Assembly (NCBI GenBank): GCA_965112735.1
Contig: OZ218956.1
Span: 2,790,001-2,854,000 of the forward strand
DNA from: Phaeosaccion multiseriatum
Taxonomy: Eukaryota; Protista; Ochrophyta, other classes
Length of the DNA stretch: 64,000 bases
Direction: 5' to 3'
Part shown: positions 50,601-64,000 of the stretch, piece by piece
Layout of the letters: every line of letters starts with the position of its first letter
Numbering within the stretch: the stretch's first letter is position 1
Translations under genes and position numbers: made by a program
Notes under the pieces: model-generated
Database searches by the model: none
What the model saw: the letters and a program-made list of their open reading frames with translations, nothing else
Told to the model about the DNA's origin: nothing

Positions 50601-53600
50601 GTTGTTTTGGATGTTGGTTGGTTGGTTGGTTGGTTGATTAGTTGGTTTGTTTGTTGGTTGATTGGATGGTTGATTAGTTGGTTGTTTTTTTGGACGTTGG
50701 TTGGTTGGTTGGTTTGTTGGTTGCATGGTTGGTTGGTTAGTTGGTTGGTTGATTAGTTGGTTGGTTGTTGGTTGTTGGTTGGTTGGTTGGTTCGTCAAGA
50801 GGTGCGGTGTACTGTTTGTTGAAGGTGGGATTCACTCTCTCTCTCTCTCCCTCTCCTCCCTTCCCTCCCCTCCCCCACAACCCCCAGGTGGGAGACTCCT
50901 TGGGCATCTACCTTGTCCAAGACTTGCTCAACATCGTCAAACACAGGCCCTCCTCTGTCCGTAGGCCGCCCTCGGCAGTGCTGCTGGGAGGGGCCGACAA
51001 GGAGCGAGAGGTAGCAAGGCATGGGCTGCGCAAGGCTGGTGCTCTCTTCGCCCTTGCCGCCATGAAGAGGACGCTGGGCAATCAGGTAAGTGTGTGTGTG
51101 TGTGTGGCGTGTGTGTGTGTGTGTGCGTGTGCATTTGTGTGTGTGTGTGCGTACGTGGGCGTGTGTGTGGTATGCGGGTGCGGCAAGGGGTCGAACCAAA
51201 ACCACCCTCCGACCCCTGTGCAGAGGAAGGAAACATGGAAGGCTTCCTCACCCATACGCACACGCACACGCACTCGCACGCGCATACAAACGCGCACACA
51301 CCCCACCTGTTCACCCGCTGTGTGCCCTTTACCCTCCTCTCTCATCCTCTTTCATTCCTTCTGCTTCTCTTGTCTCTCTTCCCCCCCCCCCCCCTCCCTC
51401 CCTCTCTCTCTGTATCACCAACAGGTCCTGTTGAAGTGGTTCTGGGCAGACCTCCTCCGCGCCCTTGGTGTGCTCGAGGCGGAGGAGGCCCGAGGAGGAG
51501 GAGGAGGAGGAGGAGGAGGAGGCGGAGGAGGAGGAGGAGGAGGAGGAGGGGAACCTCAGCTTCCCCCGCAGCCCGTCCGCACCTGGTCCCTGCACTCGAT
51601 GGGCATTTGTCTCAAGGCGGTGGAGGACAACACGGAGGGGGCCACGCTCTACGTCGTCGTACAGGAGACGTTGCAGGTGTGTGGTCAGTATGTCAATGGT
51701 CCAGTAAGTCAGTGGGGCCTTGTCGAAGTGGATTTTTATCATCACATGACACCCTGTACCCTGCTCGCTGGGTCTCTTTCCTTACAACCATTATCTCCAA
51801 TGCTCTACACTCTTAACCCCCCCCCCCTCCCTCTCCCTCTTCCCTCCCATCCTCTCCCCCTCCCCCCCCCCCCCAATACACATCCATCCATCCATCCACC
51901 CATACACACCCACCCAGATCCTCCGCTGCGTGATGGACATTACCGAGCTACACCTCCTCAGCTGGTGGACCTCCATCCCTTCCACCAAGGCCGCCGCCCC
52001 TGTCCTGTCCCTCCACAAGCACTCGCCCTCCCTCCTCGTAGGCGAGGCAGGGCTGCTCGGCTGTCTGGCCCGACTTATGGCGACCCTCCTGCCGCAGATG
52101 CAGGCTCTACAGCCAAGCCAAGAGGCCGTGGCCAAGTTCATTGCCATGTGAGTGAGTGCGTGCGTGCGTGTGTGGGTGCGTATGTGGGTGCGTGAGGGCG
52201 TGAGTGCGGCGGCGGCGCAGGGTAGAGGTATATGGGCAAGAGTAGAGGCAGATGGGTAGGGTAGACGTATGTATGTATATACGTAAGGTGTGTGCTGACG
52301 CCCGACACCCTGTACTGATGAAACCCAACCCGACCGGCACCCTGGGCCGTCCTATCGAGCAGGTGGGACGTACTCTCGCGCCACAGCGACTGCCGCGTGA
52401 AGCGCTACTGCCTGGAGTTCATCGAGCTGCTGGCCATGTTCGCCCCTGAGCAGATGGGAGCCGCCCTGCCGAGGTTCATGCCGTTCATTAAGGTGCGTGG
52501 AAGGGGGGCGAGAGGGAGGGGGAGAGAGACTTGAGTGTGGCTGTGTTGGGCGGGCATGCGGGCGGGAGGGAGGAAGGGATGAGGAAGACACGCTTCTTCC
52601 TCGTCACGTGATGCGAGCGAGGATTTTGCTGCCGTGTTGAGTCTCTCTTTCTTCTTCTCTCTTCTCTTCCCTCCGCTCCTCCCTCCTCTGTTCTCCTCTC
52701 TCGTCTTCTCTTTTCTACGTAGTTTGCTCATCCCTGTGTGTGTGCATTGTGTGTGTGTGTCTGTGCCCCCTTCCCCCCGTGTGTATGTATGTACACTTGC
52801 CATTTGTGATGAATCAGGGGGTGTTGACCAACCCGTCCTCCGTGAGCTCCGACAGCGTAGTGGCGGCGGCGTCGTGCCTCAAGATCATCTCCTCCAGAGC
52901 ACCCATGGCCATACAGAGACACGTAGCAGAGGTGAGACCACAAGGGAACAAGACGAACAAGGGAACAAGAGGAACAAGGGAACAAGGGGAACAAGGGAAG
53001 GTCCCACGAAGCAGAAAAAGAGACAAAAGAAAGGGAAGGAACGTCGAATGAAGCCGTGACCAAAGGGAGGGTCGAGTGAAATCAGTGAACAAGAGAGGAG
53101 GAAGGAAGGAAGGAAGGAAGGAAGGAAGGAAGGAAGGAAGGAAGGAAGGAAGGAAGGAAGAGAAGTAGAACGAGTTCCGCCGACCAATACGTCATAATAC
53201 GTGCAGCTTGTGACTGAGCCACCCATCCACGGCCACCCTCTGCCACCCCTACCATCTACTGCCATCCCTACCATCTACTGCCATCCCCTCTCAGATCGAC
53301 CTGTTCGGATGTTTGGAGAAGGTGCTCGGGGCGCGCACGTGGGGGGGGGCGCCCTTCTGGAGGGGAGTGGCCCTCTCAAGGGACGTTGAGCGGCACTACA
53401 CACACAGGTGTGAATTTTATCAATGTCGATATCCATTTCGATATTCATATTCGATGTGTTCGGTCAATCAACAACTCTGGCGCTCGAAAGAATAGTGGAA
53501 CTGAAATCAAACGCGCGTAAACGCACGTACACACACACACACACATGCACACACACATACACACACGCACACCCACAGGCGCTTCGCAGCGGCACAGCTC

Positions 53601-56600
53601 ACACTCGCCATTGAGACCATCGTGGCGGAGGACCAACGCGGCTACCGGCCTATCCACTGGATGCTCTTCGGGAGGGCCCTGCTCATTGGCACGGGGCATC
53701 TGCTCGCAGACGGGGGCGCCGGAAGGGGCGAGGACGGGGGCGCGGGGGGAGGGGGAGGCGAGGGCGGAGAGAGTGGCGGCGGCGGTGGAGAAGGAGGCGG
53801 AGGAGGAGGTGCGGGAGGCAGTGAAGGAGCTGGAGCGGGAGGGGATGGAGGGGGTGCTCCTGGGGCGACGGGCATGATGGGAGTGCACGACTGGAGCTCA
53901 GCGTGTCAAATGGCGAGGAGGACCCTTTCGGAGCTCGCAGCGCCTTTGGCGAGTGTACGCTGGCAGGTAGGTGGGCCGCTTGGCAGTTGGAGAGAGAGAG
54001 GGGGGGGGGGGGAGGAGGACAAGGAGAGTAGAAGCGTCAGTGGTCAGTCAGTGATAGTCGTTACTTAGGTCTGTGTAGGAGAGCTGACGAAGAGAGTGGA
54101 TCCGTGGAGGAGAGAGAGAGACAGAGAGTAGAGAGAGAAAGGGGCGTGTAGGTGGGGTGGGCATGTATGTATGGTGAGTGTTGGTGCTGTTGGTGCTGCT
54201 CTGCGCTGTTACTATGCTTTTTATACTTGTACTTGCTCTAGCCTGCACCTGTCCTCTGCTCTGCTCTTCTCCGCCTTGGTTGCCTATTCCCACCCTGCCC
54301 TTCTCTCTCTCCCACCCTCTTGTACTCTACCCTTCTGCCCTGCCCTACTCTATTCGGCCGGGATATATAATCTGCTCTACCCTACCCTACCCTGATACCC
54401 TGCCCGACTCTACCCTACCCTGCCGGTCCTGCTCCGCTCCTCCCCCTCTGCTCTCTGCTCTGCCCTCCTTCAACCTTTCTCGTCAGGTCAAGTGGACAGC
54501 GACGAACTGTTGCCTCATGGCCCTGAGAGCCCTCGAGGCGTCAAGGGGGCGCTTGGGGGCGAAGGAGGACACGCGACTGTCGATGTTGGACATTGCACAG
54601 GTACGTAGCACTACGTAAAAACATTGTGCATTCTGTTTGTGTTGTCATGTCTCCTTTTTTTTTGGCCTGCGTTGCCCTGCGTTGCCCTGCTCTGCTTTGC
54701 TAGGCTAGGCTAAGCTAGGCTAAGCTTTGCTCTGCTTTGCTCTGTTTTGCTTTGTTTTGCTTTGTTCTGCTCCGGCTCGTACCCTCTTCCAGGTCGATCC
54801 ATCCATCCATCCATCCATCCAAGAGTCCACTTTCTCTCACCCCAACATTGCCCGTAATCGCCTCCACTATATAACACCTTCCTCGCTCTCCTCCCCTCCT
54901 CCTCCTCCTCCTTCTCCTCCTCCTCCTCCCCCCTCCTCCTCTCCGTCCTCCTCCTCCCCTCCTCCTCCTCCTCCTCCTCCTCCTCCTCTCCGTCCTCCTC
55001 CTCCTCCTCCTCCTCCTCCTCCTCCTCCTCCTCCTCGTCCTCCTCATCGTCCTCCTCCTCCTCCTCCCCTCCTCCTCTCCCTCCTCCTCCTCCTCGTCCT
55101 CCTCCTCCTCCTCCTCCTCCTCCTCCTCCTCCCCTCCTCCTCCTCCTCCTCCTCCCCCTCCTCCCCCTCACCCCCTCTATTGCGCAGGCTCGAACCCTCG
55201 TGACGAAGGCTGCAAGGAGCAATGGCACAAACGCTGCTGCTTTAGCGCAACCCCCCGCCCCTGCAGATGGTGCGGGGGAAGGAGACGCTGTGCCCACGCC
55301 ACCATGGCAGGTGGTACCGCAGTTCGCGTGTCTGTATCTCGAAGACCTTATTAGCACGGCATGCGTCGCTGCCACGGCTTCCACCGCCGACAGCGAGCTT
55401 CTTGAACTGCAGGAGGCGGGTGAGTGAGTGAGTGAGGGAGTGGGTGAATGAGTGGGTGAATGAGTGAGTGAGTGGGTGAATGAGTGGGTGAATGAGTGAG
55501 TGAGTGAGTGAGTGAGGGGGTGAGTGAGTGAGTGAGTGAATGAGTGAGTGAGTGAGTGAGTGAGTGGGTGAATGAGTGAGTGAGTGAGGGAGTGAGTGAG
55601 AGTGAGTGAGTGAGTGAGTGAGGGGGTGAGTGAGGGAGTGAGTAAGTGAGGGAGTGAGTGAGTGAGGGAGTGAGTGAGAGGGAGTGAGGGAGGGAGTTTG
55701 AGAGTGAGTGAGTAAGTGAGTGAGTGAGCCGTAGGGTATGGAGGAGGGAGGGGGATGAGGGGAGCAGAGGGTATGGGATGGGGTGGACGGATTGGTCGAG
55801 AAGAGTTCAAAGAGTGGTGGAAGTGAAGAGCATACGCACCACCGCAGACGCACGCCCACCACACACCTATCAATACCTGTCTGCGGTCCTCTCTTCTTTG
55901 TGCGTGTTGCCCTCGTAAACACCTTCCTTTCTTTCCGCCGCCTTCCCTTCTCTTCCCTTCCTCCCCTCCCCTCCCTCCCCTTTCCTTCCCTTCCCTTTCT
56001 TTCCCTCTCCTTCCCTTCCCTTCCGTCCCTTCCGTCCCATAAAAGGTGTGCGTCTTCTCACGGCCGTGGTTGAGCTTTTCTCGGCGGCCCTCGACCCCGA
56101 CGTTGAGCACTCCATTCGAACGCAAATTGGAGGCAGAGAGCGAAGGGTGCGGGGTCGGGCCATGGAGCAAAGCATCAGTCAGATGACCAGTGCTGTGCGC
56201 CCCTCCTTACGATGCGAGGTGTCGCCCTCGCTGGTGCGGCGGGGGTGCGAGCTGGTGGTAACGATGGTGAGGCACGGGCTGTTGAGCGATCCTCTGGTGC
56301 TCACTCGCATCACTCGGTTGGTGGTGCCGCCTGCCCTCGTCACGAGCGTGGCTGCGGCGAAGAGGAGAAAATCCATTGCAGCAGCGGCAGCAGGAGGAGG
56401 AGGAGGAGGAGGAAGAGGAGGGGGCAACAGGATGGGCATTGGTGGCCGTAATAGAGGCTTCGGTGGGCGGAGCAGAGCATTTCCCAAAGCGTCCGTCAGC
56501 CCGCGGGTGCGGGGAGGCGGCGCAAGTGCGGCGAGTGAAGGTGGAGGCGGAGGTGAAGGGCTCACTTCGCCCTCAGCCACAGCCACACCGGCTGAGACCT

Positions 56601-57549
56601 CCCCCGTAAGCACGGGATGGTCGCGAGGGCCGTCGAGGGCAGGCAGTCGCGCCCCCACCCCGACCGGGGGGGGGGAGGAGGACAAGACATCTGCAGCGGC
56701 AGCACAGGCACAGCGTGACGCTGAACTGCTGCTGCTGCGGCCCGAGCCGAGCACGCAATTCGCGTCGCACGTGCCCGTGCTGGAGCGTCTTGTTCGCCTG
56801 CATGCCGCGGCGGATCTGCAGCTTGTGTCTGCAGGACTGATGGACGGAGTGGTGTTGCAGGTCATGAGGGAGGAAGCGCAGGGGCCGAGGAGCCTGTTGA
56901 GCGACGCGCAGAGAGGTCATCTCGCCACCAGTCTGCAGGACTACCTCCCCGCTCTGAGAAGGCAGTGGACGGCCTCTTGTGTGGATGCGGTGCGTTTGCT
57001 GCAGAAGAGCAAACAGCAGCCATGGCCGGCGCTAGCCCGTCCGCGTATAGGGGTAGGGCTAACGTACTCCCGAGGCGTGGGCCTGGCGGCAATCAAGGTA
57101 CGGCACAAGGCACAAGCAGCAGCGGGGGTTGGGCTGTTTTCTGACTCACTGACTTGCTGACTTGCTTGACTCTTCCACCCTCCACCGGCCGAAAGGATGT
57201 GCCGAAGAAGGTCCATCTTCTTTCTACGTGCAGTACATAAAAGAGTATATATAGTGTATATAGAGAGGATAGAGGATAGAGTATATCGAGTTCTATAGAG
57301 TTTATAGAGTCTGTCCCTGCGCGCTCTCCTCTTCCTCTCTCTCACGCCGAGCCCTTGCCCCCCCCTTCCCTCCCTTTGTCCCACCTGAGCAGAAGCCCCT
57401 GTCAAAGAGCTGGCCAAACATGGCGGCTGCTAGTGCGACGTTCGCCATCAGTCCTCCTTCGAAGGCGTCCGGCAGGTCCAGCAGCAGCAGGACGGCAGTG
57501 GATGGAGGAGAGGGTGATAGAAATGGTAATGGTGGGGTTCACAATGACA

Positions 57550-57585
<36 letters not shown>

Positions 57586-59920
57586 CGGAGAGCAGCAATG
57601 CCGATCTCTCCTTCCTCTTCTCCGCGGCTCTGGCGGGGCTGTGCTCTGTGCAAGAAGGCCTCTCTCTGCGACGGGCGGTGGGCGGCGGGGAGAGACGTGC
57701 CCTAAGGATTCATTTGGCAGCAGGGGGGAGGATTCTGGGCGAGATGATGGAAGATGAGGAGTTGGTTCCGGGGGAGGGGGGCAATGGCGGTTACTCAGCT
57801 CGGGAGGCGGAGGAGGACGATGACGAGAAGGATGAGGCGACGGAGGGAGATCGGGCGGAGGAGGACTGCTATTACCACCTCTTGACGATGCAGGCCTTGC
57901 TTGCGGCACCGCTTCTCGGCCCGCAGAAGGTGAAAGGAGGAGGAGGAGGGGGAGGAGGAGGAGGAGGAGGAGGAGGAGGAGGAGGAGGAGGAGGAGGAGG
58001 AGGAGTGGATGGATTCGAGGGTATGGAGGACAGGGGCGTCCATGCGCAAGGGGACAGGATAGAGGGCAGGGGGGAAGCCCTGCCGGCGGAGGCTCTACTA
58101 GAGCTTGTATCGCTGCTCTCGGCGGGACCCTTCCTACCCGGGCTCGGCACTCGATTGGGCCACTCGCCTAGGCTGGAGGAGGCGGCTTTCGGTGTGGTCC
58201 GAGCGCTTCTCGCAGGGCCTCAGGTGAAGCGCTCCCTCGAGGAGGCGGCGGCAGCGGCAGCAGCAGCAGGAGGAGGAGGAGGAGGAGAAGGCTTTGGTGA
58301 TACAGCAGGGGAGGGACGCGTCGTGCTGTCTCGAGGCGGTGGTGCTGGTGCGCGGCCTTTGTGGGAGGCTGTGCTTGGTCTCGTTGTCAACACAGCCCGG
58401 CCCGCCTTCCCGTCGAGTTTTCTCACGGAGAGTGGAGGCGCTACACCCAATGGCAAGAGGAGGGGTGCCCAGGAGAAGGAGGACGCGGTGTCTTTCGTGC
58501 CATTCCTTCATCACTTACCAGGGCTCTGTCCAGAGGCCGATCGAGCCTCGATCCTTCCCGCACTGCTGCTGCTCTCTTTGCGCTGGCTGGCTGCCACCAT
58601 CGAGGTACCGTTTCCGGGAGAGGGAAAGAAGGGGAAGGAGGAGGAGGAGGAGGAGGAGGAGGAGGAGGAGGAGGAGGAGGAGGAGGAGGACTCAGCGTGT
58701 CTGGCGGGGACCTCGGGAGGGGCGGTGCTTCTCCTGAAGACGTGCTTGCAGCGAGCGGCAGGGGAGGTAACAGGAGGCAGGGAGGGAGGAGGACAGCAGG
58801 ACCAGGACCAGGAGCAGCAGCAGTTGGTGATACAGCAGGAGGTGGATTGGCCTCGGCTGACGGACAGCGCGTGCAGGACGGTCAGTTTGATGCTTCAAGA
58901 CTTCCTCAGTCCCTCACCGACCACATCAACATCGGCATCGGTATCGACAGGAGGCGGCGTGGGCGGAGGGGGAGCGGTCCCGCTTGCCAAGGGTGTGCGC
59001 GTGTTGATGGATGCCCTCACGGCCTTCGCCGAGTGCGGCTCCTGTGGCCTCGAGGCTGCCTCCCGGCCCATCGCAGAGGGTCTCCAGCGGCCTGCCGGGC
59101 AGACTCGCCCCTCCGCGCGAGCGGCGTTGCTCGCAGGGACCCGCACTCTGATGATGCGTTGTGCGTCAGAGCCTGCGGCTGCTGCTGCTGCTGCTGCTGC
59201 TGCCGCCCAACAAGGAGGAAGCACTGCGACTGCGAGTGCAAGCGTGAGTGCGAGTGCGATTCGTCTCTCCAAGGCGGATGTGTGCCGCGTGTTGGGCCCG
59301 CCCTCCCTCATGGCGTTGGGCAGTGAGCTCGACGCTGCAGAGGGGTGGTCTGGCACCTCTCAGCAGCAGCAGGAGGAGGAGGAGCAGGTAGAGTGTTTGT
59401 TGGAGGGTCTGCGGGTGTCGACGGTGGTGGTAGGTCTGACACAGCCGGAGCATCAGGCCAGAGTGCTGAGCGTGGTGCTGCCCCTGCAGTGCCGAGCTTT
59501 GCGTCTTCGCCAGCCCAAAGTTTCCGATATGATTGGACAGGTAAGGAGGCGTCTTGTTGCTTGCAACTCTTGGGCCTCTCTCCCTCCCTACCCTGCCGCT
59601 GCTTCTGTTGCTGCTGTCGACGAGCGAGCCTACCCTCAACCTCACATCTCCGCCCCCCTCGCATCAACCCCCGCCCCTCCTTCTCCCTCCGCCCTCTCTA
59701 TTGCTGTACGCACCAGGCCCTTCTGCACGTGGCCCGAGGCGCGGCTGCGGCTTTTAAAGAGGCCATCCAGCCCCTCCCAGCAGAGGACCGCACAGAGCTG
59801 CAGACGGCCGTCGCGGCAGCCATGCAGGCAGCCCAGCCACGACCTGCAGCGCCACCAGCGGGGTCGAGGAACGAGATACGGATGGACTTTTCGGGCTATT
59901 CCAAGAGACAGCATGATTGA
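42043..59920 (+). CDS. HEATR5: HEAT repeat-containing protein 5 (HEATR5/Laa1/SWEETIE family, AP-1 accessory factor)
   Basis: Family-like blocks LNEHQLQLCLVEL, VRFEAAVAL, RLLDAAVMVF, VRRAAAECMG, QPVRTWSLHSMG, RWQVKW, LEDLISTACVAAT, LQEAGVRLL..VVELF...DPD, MEQSISQMTSAVRP, C-terminal IRMDFS; more than 20 exons, all phase-consistent except one junction near 46408-47002. Confidence 0.88.
50400..50790. repeat. Intronic (GGTT)n microsatellite
   Basis: Directly visible. Confidence 0.95.
54880..55728. repeat. (CCT)n tract before the acceptor (54880-55170) and (GAGT)n tract after the donor (55420-55728) of one HEATR5 exon
   Basis: Directly visible. Confidence 0.9.
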
Positions 59921-59998
59921 GGAGACACGGGAAGAGAAAGGGTGCTTTCAAGCCGGTGCTTCCAATCTGCACACGAGCTTCCTATTTACAGAGGTTCA

Positions 59999-60025
59999 TT
60001 ATTTACATCTTGCCTCCTCCTCCTC

Positions 60026-60056
<31 letters not shown>

Positions 60057-61059
60057 GGCTCCTCCTCCTGCTCCTGCTCCTGCTGCGGCTCCTCCCCCTC
60101 CTCCCAGGCGCTTTTATAGAGTATGCCGCTGGACCTATTGCTCGTGCACCCCGCTCCTTCTCCTCCTCCTCCTCCTTGTTCTTGTTCTTGTTGTTCTTTC
60201 CCAGCCGTTACTCTCTCCAACTCACTCACCAACAACGATTCAACGTCCTCCTGCGCCTGGATCACTCGCAGCAGCTGCTCCACATGCCCCCTCAGCTTCT
60301 CATTCTCCTCTCTCATCATACGCTGTCTTTCATGTGATCCCGGCCCCTCCTCAAGCGAGCTATCCTCGAAGGGGTATGTGCCGCCGTCTGCGACAGTGCT
60401 CAATTCCTCAGACCACAGTTGGTGCTGCTGCTGCTGGCTCGTGTCATGGTGGTGCTGGCTCGTACCTTTCTTTCGCTGCGATAATGAGGGGAGGTCCACT
60501 CTGCATGACGGAGCATTTGTTTTGGTGTCCTCGCTTTGCGCTACACTCTCCATGCACGCTCCAACTTGCTCCTGGTGAGAGGCGGCGGGGTGGTGAGGAG
60601 GAAAGGAGAAGGCATGCAAGAGAACAACGCACCGCGTACTCCGCCCCCCTCCCCCTACTGGGTTCCTACTGGGTGTCCTCTTACCTCTATCGGAGCAGCA
60701 CCAAGAAGCCCGCTTTGAGGGGCCTCGCCTCGGAGGAAAAACTGTTGCTGCTTGTACGTCTCGTGGTTGTGCAGCGCCAGGGTAAGAAGCTCCTCTAGCG
60801 ACTGCACCTTGGCGTCCTTCATCCGACCGTGGTGCTCCGACTGAGCGAGCTGTGACTCGACTTGCTGGCGACGCTCCTCCTCCTCCCTTAGCTTCAGCGT
60901 GAGCTGCTCGATCACTGCCTCCCGCTCCTGAGCTCGAGCTTCCTCTGCCTCTGCTTGTGAAGAGCGGAGCTGCTCCTCTAAGTTACTAACTTTCTGCTGG
61001 AGTTCTGTCCTATCCTTGCTCACCCATGACCGGACAAGCAGGCCTTGTAGCTCGTCCAT
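59999..61059 (-). CDS. Two-exon coiled-coil protein of unknown function
   Basis: Exon 1 MDELQGLLVRSW...PIE with donor GTAAGA near 60685; exon 2 EQVGACME... after CACCAG; phase 0; heptad-rich E/Q/L segments. Confidence 0.65.
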
Positions 61060-61293
61060 GGCCTTGGCTGGTGGTTTTGTACAATTTGGTTTGGGATCCG
61101 TTTGGTTTGGATAGTATTGATCTGCATCAGTTGGGTCTCCGCGCATCGTTGCCATTTGTGCCCCCCACAGGTGCCCACCATCCAATGAATGAACTGGAGG
61201 AACGGTAGGGTGTGTGGCCGTGCTCTTTGCACCCCACCCTGTTTCTAAGGATGCGGCCGTGGCCTGAGTGACGTGGGAAGGCGCCGCTCAAGA

Positions 61294-63442
<2,149 letters not shown>

Positions 63443-64000
63443 TAGAACAAGAACCGCAAAGAGGGGGCAGAAACCAACGCAGCTCTCATCTACTCGGCGG
63501 AGCAAGAGAATTCGCATCATCCGGTCATGGTGAGGCTTCATGCCGGAGCCACTGCTGCGTGCCGACTACGGCAGCCCACAAAGAGACTTGAGATTTGAGC
63601 AGCAGCAACGCAGTCGCTGCGGCGCTCATAGCGACAAGCGGCGTCCCAGTGCTTTGAAACGGAGGATGCTCAGGAAAGAAACCGCACCAGCGACGAGGCT
63701 ACCACATGCACTGGCGAGCTCTTTCAACTGCACAAACCACCCAGCCGGACATTCCCCTCAGCAAAGACGGGGAAGAAGGCACTCTGTGGCTGAGCGTCGG
63801 GTGCGAAGCGAGACTAGGCGACCAGTCCGTGCGGCAAGTAGCAAGGCCCCTTGTGGTGTGTGTTTGGTGCTCTGTGAATGGTCAGCAGGGCTGTGCAGTG
63901 AAGTGAAATCGCAAGGAGGATGCTCAGGAGAAGCGAGAAGGGTCCGTCGACATAACACGAAACGGAGCACCAGACGTCGTCACAGCGCACGCAGCGCAGC

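Noticed and set aside
50400-50790. Interstitial telomeric repeat
   Set aside because: The unit is GGTT/TAGTTGG, not TTAGGG or TTTAGGG, and it matches other 5' intron tracts.
63655-64000. Repeated GGAGGATGCTCAGGA at 63661 and 63916
   Set aside because: Only two short copies at the window edge; cannot be interpreted without downstream sequence.

Overview
Eukaryotic, GC-rich genomic DNA with many introns packed with microsatellites; gene content and intron style suggest an ochrophyte/stramenopile alga (inference). Splice phases, checked by hand, support eight multi-exon protein genes: a 5'-truncated EF-hand/coiled-coil protein (+, 1-13099), a soluble-adenylyl-cyclase-type C1-C2-STAND NTPase-helical repeat protein (-, 14387-31251), a prolyl-4-hydroxylase-like 2OG-Fe(II) oxygenase (+), RBM34/Nop12 (-), a secreted GGAI-repeat/Cys-rich protein (+), HEATR5/Laa1 (+), a small coiled-coil protein (-) and NTMT1 (+). 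No rRNA, tRNA or CRISPR array was found, and most ORF-track entries are microsatellite artefacts. Main leads: (1) the cyclase has an N-terminal acylation signal, appears to lack both bicarbonate-binding residues, and has a Cys/His (CxxCxxC) insertion next to the active site; (2) a 4-nt microexon is needed to restore the P4H reading frame; (3) the 11-mer TGGTGATACAG recurs in exons of three genes in two reading frames; (4) introns are G/T-rich at the 5' end and C-rich at the 3' end, often complementary, with many AAG acceptors; (5) a ~440-bp fold-back element; (6) a 43-copy 49-bp minisatellite with one binary variable site. Comparisons with human and Arabidopsis proteins are from memory, not computed.
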